A DNA stretch of 64,000 bases from IMGVR_UViG_3300030202_003189:62001-126000; one strand, 5' to 3'. Counted from the first letter of the stretch, positions 8,925 to 19,181 are shown. Translations and numbers: made by a program. Notes: generated by a model not told the origin, from the letters alone.

Positions 8925-10334
8925 ATGGCAGAAAAATCTTTAGTAGAACAAGCTCTTCTTGAAGCGAAAACAATCGAGGAATCAGTTAAGAGGAGTGCAA
9001 AAGAAATACTACCTTCAGTTTTGAAGAAAGAAATTAACGACCTAGTAAAAGAATCCATCAACGAAGTTGATGAGATTGATTTAGATTCAGACACACTTGA
9101 CATTACTGACGATGAAATGGACATGGATATGGAACCAATAAGTGGTGACATGGATATGGGTATGGATTCAATTGAATTAGACTTGACAGCGTCATCAGAT
9201 GATGAAGTTATGAAAGTATTCAAAAAAATGGGCCCAGAAGACGAAATCGAAGTTGTAAAGACTGGCGATGGCGTAACGCTTACAGATGGTAATGAAGAGT
9301 ATGAGATAAAAAACGTTTCAGAAGGAAAAAAGAACGAACCAATTTATGAAATTGAATTGGACGACGACATGATGGAAATGGAAGACATGGATGAAATGGA
9401 AGACATGGACGAAATGGAAGACGACATGATGGAAGGACACCATGGAATGAAAAAGGGAGACCAATCAAAAACTCGTAGTGATTATAAAAACTACAAAGGG
9501 ACTGATAAAGGATACCACGGTAAAACTGGAGCTTCACATGGTGATCAAGGACATCCTGATGACTTTATGACTGAATACGATGACATGGATGAAATGTATG
9601 GTGGTAAAAAAGGCGATGAGTCTAAAAGTCACAGAGATTACATGGATGAAATGCATAGTAAAAAACGTCATATGGAAATGCACGACGAACAAATGTATGA
9701 AATTGAACTTGATGAGGAGGACGATTTAGAAGAAGGAACAGCTAGAAGTCACGCAAAAGGACAAAGAGCATCTTCTGGTGAAAGAAAAGGCTCCCCAAAA
9801 CCAAGTGCAATTCCAAATAAAGCTCTTTACAAAAAGAACATAAAGGAATCAAGAAAACCACAAAGAACAATTTCACCAAGAGTTATTAAGGAAAACAAAG
9901 CGTTAAGAGGTACGTTGGCTAAGTATGGTGACGAAGTTAAGACTCTAAAAGGAAAGAATGAAGAATATAGAAAAGCTCTTTCTTTATTTAGAGAAAAACT
10001 AAACGAAGTTGCAGTATTTAATTCAAATTTAGCTTACACAACAAAATTGTTTACTGATCACTCAACAACAAAGAAAGAAAAGTTAAATATACTTTCTAGA
10101 TTTGATGAGGTTAATTCATTAAAAGAATCTAAGTCTCTTTACAAACAAATAAATTCTGAAGTTGGTACAGGTAAATCATCTGCAAGACTTAAAGAAGTTA
10201 TTTCTCGTAAAGGTGGAACTAAGGTTATAACAGAAAGTAATAATAGTGCTAATAATAGTACTATAAGAGAAAATAAAGTTTACCAAGATCCTCAAATGAA
10301 AAGAATGATGGATCTAATGAGTAAAATAAAATAA
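8925..10334 (+). CDS. prohead core/scaffold protein (gp22 position)
   Basis: Immediately upstream of MCP; acidic low-complexity centre, coiled-coil C-half, many I/L-x-E sites. Confidence 0.8.
   Translation: MAEKSLVEQALLEAKTIEESVKRSAKEILPSVLKKEINDLVKESINEVDEIDLDSDTLDITDDEMDMDMEPISGDMDMGMDSIELDLTASSDDEVMKVFKKMGPEDEIEVVKTGDGVTLTDGNEEYEIKNVSEGKKNEPIYEIELDDDMMEMEDMDEMEDMDEMEDDMMEGHHGMKKGDQSKTRSDYKNYKGTDKGYHGKTGASHGDQGHPDDFMTEYDDMDEMYGGKKGDESKSHRDYMDEMHSKKRHMEMHDEQMYEIELDEEDDLEEGTARSHAKGQRASSGERKGSPKPSAIPNKALYKKNIKESRKPQRTISPRVIKENKALRGTLAKYGDEVKTLKGKNEEYRKALSLFREKLNEVAVFNSNLAYTTKLFTDHSTTKKEKLNILSRFDEVNSLKESKSLYKQINSEVGTGKSSARLKEVISRKGGTKVITESNNSANNSTIRENKVYQDPQMKRMMDLMSKIK
9375..9422 (+). repeat. 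in-frame 18-bp tandem repeat (EMEDMD x2.7)
   Basis: GAAATGGAAGACATGGAT / GAAATGGAAGACATGGAC / GAAATGGAAGAC. Confidence 0.85.
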
Positions 10335-10359
10335 CACATTTATAAAAAATAATTAAAAA

Positions 10360-12297
10360 ATGGGACAATTATTAAATTCAGGACAAGTTGGAAACATTGG
10401 AACTAATTCAATGAAACTTATCCGTGAGGATGTAATCAATAAATGGGACAAACTAGGTTTCCTAGATGGTCTTAATGGTTACTCTAAAGACAACGTTGCT
10501 CAATTATTTGAGAACCAAGCTTCTTATCTAATTAACGAGCAAACAACATCAACTGACTCAGGTTCATTCGAAACAGTTGTATTCCCAATCGTAAGGAGAG
10601 TATTCTCTAAACTTTTGGCTAACGATATTGTTTCTGTACAAGCACTTAACTTACCAATTGGTAAATTATTCTACTTTGTACCGGAAATATCTACTAACAG
10701 ACCAGGATTCAACGCTGGTGGATTTGACGCGTCAACTCCTTCATCAGTTGATTTATATGACCAATTCTATGAAGGTAGAACTGGAGATCCAGAAGGAGGA
10801 TTATTTGATGCTTCAAGAGGACTTGCAACTGTAAATATCATTAGACCTTCAGGAGCTGGAGCTGCTGCTAACGGTAACATCGGTTTATACGACTCTTCAG
10901 GAGCGTTCTCTGCAGCAACTGAGGATATGGATACTAGAGATCACAGATACATCGTATTAAAAATCGATTCTGCTACTTTAGTTACTACTGGAACTATGGT
11001 AGGTGCTGATGGTCAATTGGCTGATACTGAAGCTTTCTTAGCTTCATTAAACATCTACTTAACAGGATCTACAACTTCTGCTTCTGCAGCTGATTTAGCG
11101 GCATCTATCGGAACTACTTATGGTATGCCATGTAACGTTTCTGATTCAGTAACTGCAAACACTTACTTAAGAGCTACTGGTATTGTTGGAAATAATGGAG
11201 ATGGTATATTTACACAAGTTGGTAATACTACTGGTGTACTTTCAGGAGGTACTAGACTTAAGTACAGAATGATTACACAAAAGTATGGTCAAGGTATTGT
11301 TGATTCTGCTGGTGATTTATATGTTGAGGTAGACTTCGGTTGTCCAGCATGTCCAGACTGTCAAACTGTTGCTGGTAGAGGTTATGGTAATCCAGGTACT
11401 GCGGCAGGTGTTGGGGCTACTGTACCAAATACTTTTATTACTGCTGATGGTGCGGCTGAGGCTTTAGGTGCGGCTAATAACGGAGCACAAAAACATGGTT
11501 TAGCTGTTGAGTTTAAGAACTACGCAACTTTAGAATTAGAAGACAACATGGCTGAGGTAACTTTCAGATTGGATTCTGTAACTGTAGCGGTAACAGAAAG
11601 AAAATTAAGAGCTACTTGGTCTCCGGAACTTGCACAAGACGTTTCTGCATTCCATAACATTGATGCTGAGGCTGAATTAACAGCTTTATTATCAGAACAA
11701 GTTGCTGCTGAGATTGATAGAGAAATCTTGAAAGACCTTAGAAATGGTGCGGCTTGGTCATTAAGATGGGACGCTAACGGATGGAAAAGATCTAATAACG
11801 CTCAAGGTTACGCAGCTTATACTCAAAAAGATTGGAATCAAACGTTAATTACTACAATTAACCAATTATCTGCACAAATACATAAATCAACACTTAGAGG
11901 TGGTGCTAACTGGATCGTATGTTCAGCTGAAGCTTCTGCTATCTTTGATGATTTAGAGTATTTCCACGTTTCTAACGCGGCTCCAGATCAAGATTCTTAT
12001 AACATGGGTATTGAGAAAGTTGGTTCTTTATCAGGTAGATATACTGTATATAGAGACCCTTACTTCCCAGCTGGTTCAGTTTTAGTTGGACATAAAGGAA
12101 AATCATTACTAGATACTGGTTATGTTTACGCTCCTTATGTACCGTTACAACTTACACCAACTATGTATAACCCTTTCAATTTTGCTCCTATCAAAGGAAT
12201 CATGACTAGATACGCTAAGAAAATGGTCAACAACAGATTCTATGGTAAGATTACTATTGATGGAATACAAACGTTCTCTGTTAATGAGTTAAGATAA
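10360..12297 (+). CDS. gp23: major capsid protein, T4 gp23-like, with large insertion
   Basis: AQLFENQ, PIVRRVF..LLANDIVSVQ, RKLRATWSPELAQD..AFHNIDAEAEL, EIDREI, YAPYVPL, GIMTRYA. Confidence 0.96.
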   Translation: MGQLLNSGQVGNIGTNSMKLIREDVINKWDKLGFLDGLNGYSKDNVAQLFENQASYLINEQTTSTDSGSFETVVFPIVRRVFSKLLANDIVSVQALNLPIGKLFYFVPEISTNRPGFNAGGFDASTPSSVDLYDQFYEGRTGDPEGGLFDASRGLATVNIIRPSGAGAAANGNIGLYDSSGAFSAATEDMDTRDHRYIVLKIDSATLVTTGTMVGADGQLADTEAFLASLNIYLTGSTTSASAADLAASIGTTYGMPCNVSDSVTANTYLRATGIVGNNGDGIFTQVGNTTGVLSGGTRLKYRMITQKYGQGIVDSAGDLYVEVDFGCPACPDCQTVAGRGYGNPGTAAGVGATVPNTFITADGAAEALGAANNGAQKHGLAVEFKNYATLELEDNMAEVTFRLDSVTVAVTERKLRATWSPELAQDVSAFHNIDAEAELTALLSEQVAAEIDREILKDLRNGAAWSLRWDANGWKRSNNAQGYAAYTQKDWNQTLITTINQLSAQIHKSTLRGGANWIVCSAEASAIFDDLEYFHVSNAAPDQDSYNMGIEKVGSLSGRYTVYRDPYFPAGSVLVGHKGKSLLDTGYVYAPYVPLQLTPTMYNPFNFAPIKGIMTRYAKKMVNNRFYGKITIDGIQTFSVNELR

Positions 12298-12320
12298 GTA
12301 TTTCTAAACTTTATATAATG

Positions 12321-12348
12321 AAAAACCCCTCTTCGGAGGGGTTTTTTT
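12321..12348. terminator. bidirectional intrinsic terminator between MCP and cysK
   Basis: AAAAACCCCTC-TTCG-GAGGGGTTTTTTT with C(UUCG)G tetraloop; A and T tracts on both sides. Confidence 0.92.
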
Positions 12349-12349
12349 G

Positions 12350-13261
12350 TTATAAACAACTTAGATATCTATTTCCTCTATCACAGAGTATGGTAATTCC
12401 CTCTCTTTCGTTATTGTCTCTTAACCATTGAAAGGTTGCCATTACATTCGCACCTCCACTAATACCAATAAACAAACCATAGTTTTTAGCTAGGTGTTTA
12501 GTAATACTTTTCGCACATTCGGTCTTGATGACTCGTATGTCATCAACTAAATCTAAATCGACTAAGAACTTACTACCATCACCAATACCTTGTATCCCAT
12601 GTAATCCAACTTCCCCTCCACTCATTACTGGAGATTCTGCTGGCTCCACGGCAACAATTTTTATATCTTCCCATTTTTCTTTTAGAAATTTACGAGTTCC
12701 CATTAAGGTACCACCAGTACCTGTCCCAGCAACAAAAACTGCAGGAGAATCATTTCTCCTATAACTTCCCCTCTCTTTAGGTAAAGACCAATCCTCATAG
12801 ATTTCTGGTCCAGTAGTTTGATAATGAGCCTCAATGTTTAAGGGATTATGAAATTGATTACAATTAAACCAACCATTTCGTTTACAAAGATTATCTCTAA
12901 GTTCGATAGCCCCATCAAAATCTCCTTCATCTACTTCTATTAATGTCGCCCCATAATACTTAAACATTTTTTTACGTTCCTCGGACATATTTGATGGCAT
13001 AATAATTACCATTTTATAACCTCTTTCTGACGCTAACATAGCAAACGCAATGCCACTATTACCACTAGTTGCTTCACATATCGTACTGTTTTTTTGGATA
13101 ACACCTTTTTGTTGGGCATCATTAAGTATAAAAGATGCCATACGGTCTTTTACAGAGCCAGAAGGGTTCATAAATTCAGCTTTACCCCAAACGGTAAGGT
13201 TACCTAAAGTAATAGGGATTAACGGTGTTTTACCAATGTGGTCAGATAATTTCATATTCAT
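12350..13261 (-). CDS. cysK: cysteine synthase / O-acetylserine sulfhydrylase family (PLP-dependent)
   Basis: IGKTPLI, NPSGSVKDR (PLP lysine), EATSGNSG, GTGTGGT, HGIQGIG, GISGGAN, CDRGNRYLS. Confidence 0.9.
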   Translation of the reverse strand: MNMKLSDHIGKTPLIPITLGNLTVWGKAEFMNPSGSVKDRMASFILNDAQQKGVIQKNSTICEATSGNSGIAFAMLASERGYKMVIIMPSNMSEERKKMFKYYGATLIEVDEGDFDGAIELRDNLCKRNGWFNCNQFHNPLNIEAHYQTTGPEIYEDWSLPKERGSYRRNDSPAVFVAGTGTGGTLMGTRKFLKEKWEDIKIVAVEPAESPVMSGGEVGLHGIQGIGDGSKFLVDLDLVDDIRVIKTECAKSITKHLAKNYGLFIGISGGANVMATFQWLRDNNEREGITILCDRGNRYLSCL

Positions 13262-13296
13262 ATGTTAAGAATATAAAAAATATTTGATAATGGAAA

Positions 13297-14976
13297 TTAA
13301 ATAATTACTCTACTTTTTAAGTTATCTGGTAACCCCTGATTGGCGACAATAAATCTTAATTCCTGGTCATAGGTCATAACCCTTTGATTAGAGGTTAGTC
13401 TTAAATCAATATAATAAGTGTTTGGTATTAACCATGACGTGTCAATAATAAAATAGTTACGAGTAGGGGTTCTATTAACATCAGTATAGTCAATAACCGT
13501 GTATTCACTAGTACCATCTTTAATATAGAGTCTATATTTTAATGAATCGATAATCTGAGTCTGGTTAACTGTATATGGTACTCTGGCACTAACCAATACC
13601 TTTCTTAAGTCTCCCCTTTTGATTTTTTCATCACTTTTAATCCCAGAAACTGAAAGTCCATAAGAACGTGGTAAATCAGTGTCCGTACCAATGTTATAAT
13701 ACTCACTTTGTTCCCTAATAGTAATATAATTTGTTACATTGTCGAGATTTTGAGTTATCCCATTTTGTGTAATTGACATACCCGACCATACATCACTATA
13801 CTGGACTAATGGACAAGCACATGTAGATGGAACCGTAAGGTCAATACAATATATACCAGTATTAACATGTTGTACACTAGTGTATGGTGTGTATAATGAA
13901 GCATTTTGGTGATCAGTATTTACAGAAATGAATCTTTGGTATACATCCCCATCAGAATCATATACAACCGCACCAGGTAAGTCATCTAAATTTGTTGGTT
14001 CACTACCCACATTCACATATAAACAAATTCTATTAGTTTTACCCATATAGAATTTCTCTCTATCGTCAATTATGGTGTCCATATACGTGGTTTCGATATA
14101 TGGTTCAAAGAATGTATTTGTGCCCTCATTAAAGAATCCAACATACCTCTTCTCATCAGTTGTTATTGCTTCATATCGTGAGTTAAACGCAATCCCCAAC
14201 CCATAGTTCTTTATTCCAGTAAATGCATCCTCTTGAGCCGCATTTTGTAAAGGTTGGTATTGTCCAGCGGCTAAAGCAACAGGAGTTAAAGAAGTGCCTG
14301 TTAACATATCATTTATTACCGTAGTTACATCCATATCAAGATCTTCATTACCTCTTATAAAGTGTTGAGTTGCAACCATAGTAGTTGCGGTTGTATTGGT
14401 CATGGCTGTATATGGGAATAACGCGTATCTTGTATAATTACTAGCATTTGAACCGCTACTACCATCATAAATTCCACAAGTAGGAATACCTACATTATCA
14501 TATGTACCTCCACTCCACACAGTGTTAGTTTTACCAAAACACCAATTACTAACTCCTTTAGTATCAAATTTAACACCAGCATCCCAATCTTGTCCCATTT
14601 TGAAAGCGACTAAATCGAAAGAGTTTGCACGAGTAGCTGAATTAAATAGGGTATCTTTTCCTAATAAGGCATCATTATTAAAAATAGTATTGGTCATTTT
14701 TAATTTATGGACTGCCTTATGTTGTATTCCACTAGTTGCACTAAAACCACTAAGTGTTATTCTTTTATCTGAAATTCTCGTTTGTATCCCAGAAAGGTCA
14801 AATTTGAAAATATTCCTACTATAGTTGGTGTTTACTACTGTGGTTCCGGTTCCGGCCCCATAGAATAGTTCTGTTACAGGATTAAGAGCGAAATTAGATA
14901 TCGCTTCTGTTGATCCAGTCGAGAATCCTTTCACTATTGTATTACTCTCGGTAAAATATGTTCTATATACTCCCAT
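13297..14976 (-). CDS. putative virion structural protein
   Basis: Beta-rich, Thr/Ser/Gly-rich; preceded by TATTTATA; follows the baseplate spike gene. Confidence 0.6.
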   Translation of the reverse strand: MGVYRTYFTESNTIVKGFSTGSTEAISNFALNPVTELFYGAGTGTTVVNTNYSRNIFKFDLSGIQTRISDKRITLSGFSATSGIQHKAVHKLKMTNTIFNNDALLGKDTLFNSATRANSFDLVAFKMGQDWDAGVKFDTKGVSNWCFGKTNTVWSGGTYDNVGIPTCGIYDGSSGSNASNYTRYALFPYTAMTNTTATTMVATQHFIRGNEDLDMDVTTVINDMLTGTSLTPVALAAGQYQPLQNAAQEDAFTGIKNYGLGIAFNSRYEAITTDEKRYVGFFNEGTNTFFEPYIETTYMDTIIDDREKFYMGKTNRICLYVNVGSEPTNLDDLPGAVVYDSDGDVYQRFISVNTDHQNASLYTPYTSVQHVNTGIYCIDLTVPSTCACPLVQYSDVWSGMSITQNGITQNLDNVTNYITIREQSEYYNIGTDTDLPRSYGLSVSGIKSDEKIKRGDLRKVLVSARVPYTVNQTQIIDSLKYRLYIKDGTSEYTVIDYTDVNRTPTRNYFIIDTSWLIPNTYYIDLRLTSNQRVMTYDQELRFIVANQGLPDNLKSRVII

Positions 14977-14988
14977 AATTTCTTTTAT

Positions 14989-14996
14989 TATAAATA
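14989..14996 (-). promoter_or_regulatory. putative late promoter element TATTTATA (minus strand)
   Basis: TATAAATA on + strand, 12 nt before the ATG at 14976. Confidence 0.55.
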
Positions 14997-14997
14997 C

Positions 14998-15903
14998 CTA
15001 ATTAATTCTAATGTTTTGACTTTTTAACGTCTCTAAGTTATATGACTGTATTTTTTTTAGACTACCGGTTCCTGAAATCGGTTTTCCCTCACCATCTTTA
15101 TGTTCATGGTTAGTTATATAATCCTTAATTAGAGTTAAGAAATTAACTAATTTATTACCGTAAATAATCGGTTCAGTCTTACTATCTAGAAAATTTTGTA
15201 GTGTAAGGTTCGGAGTACCTCCTTCGATTCCTGTATTCATCCCGTAAAAATCTAAGTTATCAAACGATAATGCATTCTGTCCTTCATACGAAACAAGATG
15301 TATTTTTGTTGCAACAACAGTAGCACTACTAGTATCGTTATTTACTGATCTTAATTGTATGCGTGGTTGTTGACCAGTGTTTAACACCATTGGGTTACCC
15401 GTTGCATGTTTTCCTGCTCTTATGTTAACCTCTCGACTATTTAATACTATGTCAGAATTATCTCTACCTTGTATTGCAACATCTTGTACTTGAGGATAAA
15501 GCCCCTTGGCCAAATCTGCGACATCTGGGGCTTCTTCGGCTTCTCCAGGACCAATATCCGAACCAAGAATCATAGCATTATCTTTTGGGTCTTTAAGTAG
15601 ATTCTGGGGTTGACCAATAACGGGTCCTATGTAGGCCCTATTGATGTCTGTTTTATTTTTATTTGTTGTGTACATGAGGACACGAACTACCTCACCTACT
15701 TTCGGTACCACATTAAAGAATTTAGGGATTAGGGGATAACATAAAGGTAAGTCACTATCATATTCATAATCCTTATCATCAGGTGTTATACGTACTTGAA
15801 TTCTACCAGCCATTGTAAGATCCTCTACAGAAGTAACTTTACCATAGTAAAAAATATGGTCTCTAGAAAAATCTATTTTTAGTCCTCTATTAATAAATCC
15901 CAT
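14998..15903 (-). CDS. baseplate central spike / gp5-Vgr OB-fold protein
   Basis: YGKVTSVED..AGRIQVRI, LPLCYPL, VPKVGEVVRV (OB-fold signature) and C-terminal HEH tip motif. Confidence 0.75.
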   Translation of the reverse strand: MGFINRGLKIDFSRDHIFYYGKVTSVEDLTMAGRIQVRITPDDKDYEYDSDLPLCYPLIPKFFNVVPKVGEVVRVLMYTTNKNKTDINRAYIGPVIGQPQNLLKDPKDNAMILGSDIGPGEAEEAPDVADLAKGLYPQVQDVAIQGRDNSDIVLNSREVNIRAGKHATGNPMVLNTGQQPRIQLRSVNNDTSSATVVATKIHLVSYEGQNALSFDNLDFYGMNTGIEGGTPNLTLQNFLDSKTEPIIYGNKLVNFLTLIKDYITNHEHKDGEGKPISGTGSLKKIQSYNLETLKSQNIRIN

Positions 15904-15905
15904 TG

Positions 15906-16079
15906 TTAGTCTATTTTATATCTATTCTTTAACTCAGTAATAACTTCTCGATAGTCTTTCTCAATTACGTCTAACTTCTCAACTAAAAAAAGAATCTCAT
16001 TTTTTATACTAATGTGTTTATCACTTAATTCCTTTAGTGACTCACTTAATTTTTTATTACTTTTATTCTCGTTATTCAT
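15906..16079 (-). CDS. small coiled-coil hypothetical protein (57 aa)
   Basis: ATG at 16079 in A-rich context (MNNENKS...) avoids overlap with the upstream gene. Confidence 0.6.
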   Translation of the reverse strand: MNNENKSNKKLSESLKELSDKHISIKNEILFLVEKLDVIEKDYREVITELKNRYKID

Positions 16080-16089
16080 TTTATTTATG

Positions 16090-16572
16090 TTATACCGATG
16101 CAGTAGATGCAAAACCAGGTGCCATTGTTGCACCAAATACCTGTACAGGTCCACCACCGTTAGCACCAGTTGCTGTGATAGAAATACCAGGTGGTATTCC
16201 TACATCCACTCTTAAGTTTCTTGTTATCTCTCCTACTGTTTCCTCAGCAGTTATTCTTATCATTTGTTCTCTAACAGACATTGAACCGTCAGCCCTAGGT
16301 CCTAATTTAGCTCCAGTCTCTTCTAATCTACCCATTATGTTTCCAGCTAGTCTTCTAGCACTAAGACCACCTCTTTGTTTACCTAATAGAGTAACTGGAG
16401 GAGGTATAGGAGGTGTAGGTATAGAATCAAGGTCACATAAGAATAACAGTGCTTGTAGAACGCTTAAAGCAACCCCAAAGTTTATACCCTCCTCTTCCCG
16501 GTCATGAGGTCTACGAGTGTTATTTGTTCTAACCCCTAATTCTGAGGGTTTATATGTCATTCCACATCCCAT
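16090..16572 (-). CDS. hypothetical protein, possibly baseplate-associated
   Basis: Pro-rich segment and GIPPGISITATGANGGGPV beta-hairpin-like end; in the spike operon. Confidence 0.6.
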   Translation of the reverse strand: MGCGMTYKPSELGVRTNNTRRPHDREEEGINFGVALSVLQALLFLCDLDSIPTPPIPPPVTLLGKQRGGLSARRLAGNIMGRLEETGAKLGPRADGSMSVREQMIRITAEETVGEITRNLRVDVGIPPGISITATGANGGGPVQVFGATMAPGFASTASV

Positions 16573-18068
16573 TATAAAATTCTTTTACTTGCTTTATCGA
16601 CAGCCTTACCAAATCTACCCATAGTTGCCTTTATTGATTGTACCCAAATATCTAATTTTTCTTTTAGTATCCCGAGTGCAATATTTGCCATTAGTCGTTG
16701 AATATAGTAACTTAGATGTTGAAAAAAGTTTTTTACAATAAGTTCGTATAGTATTTTAACAATTTCTCTAATGGCTCCACCTAAAGAGGCGAATATCTTT
16801 AGTCTTTCAGGTCCAATATCTATTTTTTTAGGTTCTCCCCAACCTTGGTCTTCTAATTCGCTATCATCTACTAAAGCATAACCAACTAATATTAACATCA
16901 CTAATGTTTGTGGACTCAATGCTTGTTTAAGGAAAACATTCTTCAATTGGTCGAGTAAATTTTTTATTATATCGTCCTTGATTGTTTCGTCTGTCTCATC
17001 AGCAGATATTGTTGAACCAGCAAAAACCATACCACCTATCATTAAGTCCGCGACTCCGTCTATTAAGTTTTTAGTTGCTCCTCTTCTGGCAGATTTGGTT
17101 ATAAATAATTCGGTCGAGACTTCTTCCCTATATTTATCAAGTAGATTTTTCACTTGTATTGGATCTACTTCAGTTGTTAAAGTTCCACAATTAAGATTAA
17201 ATGAAACTCTTCCGTTAACTCTATCACTTGCATTAAATCTAAATAACTCTAATTCATCTCTACTAAATTTATAGAAAGCAGTTTCTTCATTGACGACTTC
17301 TCCACAATCAGTGTCAGCCATTTTATTTATTGTACCGTCTATCTGTTGCATCTCCATCACGTCTTGGAAAGATTTACCTGATTGTTTATCGAATACACCA
17401 GTGAGTAAGTTAACAATTGCAGTAACAATGGCATCAATAGGAAATAACTCCAGACCATCAAAGTAATCATCAATAAAGTTCTCCACCGTTTTATTGGTAT
17501 AGTCCACACCAATTTCAAAAATAAAACCACTACCTGTATATGTTACAGTCATTATTTGTTTCCCGTTATACTCCATTGGGATAGCATTATTTAGCATATC
17601 CACGGACTCCATAATTTTTCTATTAAAATCATCGACATCACCAAGGATATTACCGGCGTAATCTGCTGCGACCCCACCGGTACCCTGTATAGTCTTTAAT
17701 AAATCAAAGATATCAAGATTAACAAAATTAATTTCTAAACCACCACCTCCCATCCAAGCAGGGAATCCTGAGTTAAGAACAGCTTCACCACACTTAGCCT
17801 TTAGTGAGTTTCGTAACTGAATTCTAACCATATTATCGATCTCCTGTAGTTGAGAACCTAATAGATTATATAGTAGGTCTTCTAGTGATTTACCTCCAGC
17901 TAACATAGAAAGAATATCCATTAAGAATGGAATGAGGTCTTTTTTTCTGGTACCAAACCCATCGATACCTAACTGACCCGCCAGATCTAATGGTTGAGTA
18001 TTGTTAATTACCTGCAATACATTAAGTATTTTTTTTAATCTACTTTTTTCTTGTTGAGTTCCAGCCAT
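16572..18068 (-). CDS. hypothetical helical protein (498 aa)
   Basis: Long ORF coupled to its neighbour; hydrophobic helices near the C-terminus. Confidence 0.65.
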   Translation of the reverse strand: MAGTQQEKSRLKKILNVLQVINNTQPLDLAGQLGIDGFGTRKKDLIPFLMDILSMLAGGKSLEDLLYNLLGSQLQEIDNMVRIQLRNSLKAKCGEAVLNSGFPAWMGGGGLEINFVNLDIFDLLKTIQGTGGVAADYAGNILGDVDDFNRKIMESVDMLNNAIPMEYNGKQIMTVTYTGSGFIFEIGVDYTNKTVENFIDDYFDGLELFPIDAIVTAIVNLLTGVFDKQSGKSFQDVMEMQQIDGTINKMADTDCGEVVNEETAFYKFSRDELELFRFNASDRVNGRVSFNLNCGTLTTEVDPIQVKNLLDKYREEVSTELFITKSARRGATKNLIDGVADLMIGGMVFAGSTISADETDETIKDDIIKNLLDQLKNVFLKQALSPQTLVMLILVGYALVDDSELEDQGWGEPKKIDIGPERLKIFASLGGAIREIVKILYELIVKNFFQHLSYYIQRLMANIALGILKEKLDIWVQSIKATMGRFGKAVDKASKRIL

Positions 18069-18075
18069 GGTAAGT

Positions 18076-18447
18076 TTATATGTCGAATTTTATACCATCC
18101 CCACTTTCTTCCTGAGATTTGTTGATCATATCTTCTATTAATTGTTTATCTTCATCTGTAATTGACATAGGGTTTGATTCAGCAGTTGAGTCACTTTTTA
18201 CTAGACTTATCTGTAACTTAACAATGTCTAATTTTTTAGAGATACACGAATCCACTATTCTAAGAAGTTCATTATTAACTTTCCCAACCTGTTGTATGTC
18301 GGTGTTATCGCTAACGTCTCTTAATTGTTTATTAAGTATGTGAATTGCTTTTGATCTATTTTCACAGGTTTCATTATAACTTTCCTGTAAGAGTTGTTCG
18401 ATACTCTCTTTATCTAATAAAACATTTTTTCTTTTTGGTCGTGGCAT
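18076..18447 (-). CDS. hypothetical helical protein
   Basis: 123-aa ORF preceded by TATTTATA at 18462-18469. Confidence 0.6.
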   Translation of the reverse strand: MPRPKRKNVLLDKESIEQLLQESYNETCENRSKAIHILNKQLRDVSDNTDIQQVGKVNNELLRIVDSCISKKLDIVKLQISLVKSDSTAESNPMSITDEDKQLIEDMINKSQEESGDGIKFDI

Positions 18448-18460
18448 ATCATTTCTTTTA

Positions 18461-19180
18461 CTATAAATATTCTGAACTGAACTTATCTCGTATTGATTTG
18501 TATATCCTCTTATATCTTCTCATACCATTTCTAATTTCTTTTGTTGTAAGGGATGTCATTTCACGTATATTATGTAATACTAAGTTTTTGTTAAATTTAT
18601 TATTTCCATTGTTATCACTAAATATAATTTCCCAGTTTTCAAACATATATACTAAAGATTCACCAACAGAACGTTCATTATCTGTAAGTTTTGGGTGTTT
18701 AAGTTCCTCAGTTATTTCATTTATGATATTTGACATTAACTTTTTTAGTGCTTCCTCCTTTTCAATAGAATCTTCGCCTTGAAACTCGACCATGTCATCT
18801 CTTTCCTCTAAGTCTGATGCATAATCCTCATAAGATAATAGAGTCTTAGTTTTTTTACTGTCCTTAATTAATTGCCCTAGTAGATAGTTTTTACAAATAG
18901 TACCAAAATATGAATATGCTTTTTTTCCTTTTTCAGGTTTGAACTTATCACATTTAGTTATTAGAAAAGACAAGGTATCGTTATGGGTATTAATAAAAGA
19001 CATATCATCTCGATAGAGTTTGTATTTTCTTATAATACTTTCCACCATTTTATTTAGAGGGGCGCGTAAATGATCATTATACGCCTTATGTTTTTCAGTA
19101 TAGGTGCTTGCCGTTAGAAAAACCCTAACTGCGGCTTCCTGTTCCTGACCAAAATAAGGTTTTTTCTTACTTCTAGGCAT
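18461..19180 (-). CDS. phage sigma-like factor, T4 gp55 (late sigma)-like
   Basis: KCDKFKPEKGKKAYSYFGTICKNYLL resembles the gp55 region-2 pattern (F.PEK...F.YF..I); helical; 239 aa. Confidence 0.65.
   Translation of the reverse strand: MPRSKKKPYFGQEQEAAVRVFLTASTYTEKHKAYNDHLRAPLNKMVESIIRKYKLYRDDMSFINTHNDTLSFLITKCDKFKPEKGKKAYSYFGTICKNYLLGQLIKDSKKTKTLLSYEDYASDLEERDDMVEFQGEDSIEKEEALKKLMSNIINEITEELKHPKLTDNERSVGESLVYMFENWEIIFSDNNGNNKFNKNLVLHNIREMTSLTTKEIRNGMRRYKRIYKSIRDKFSSEYL
18462..18469 (-). promoter_or_regulatory. putative late promoter element overlapping the end of the sigma gene
   Basis: Minus strand GAA TAT TTA TAG (E-Y-L-stop) contains TATTTATA. Confidence 0.5.
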
Positions 19181-19181
19181 T

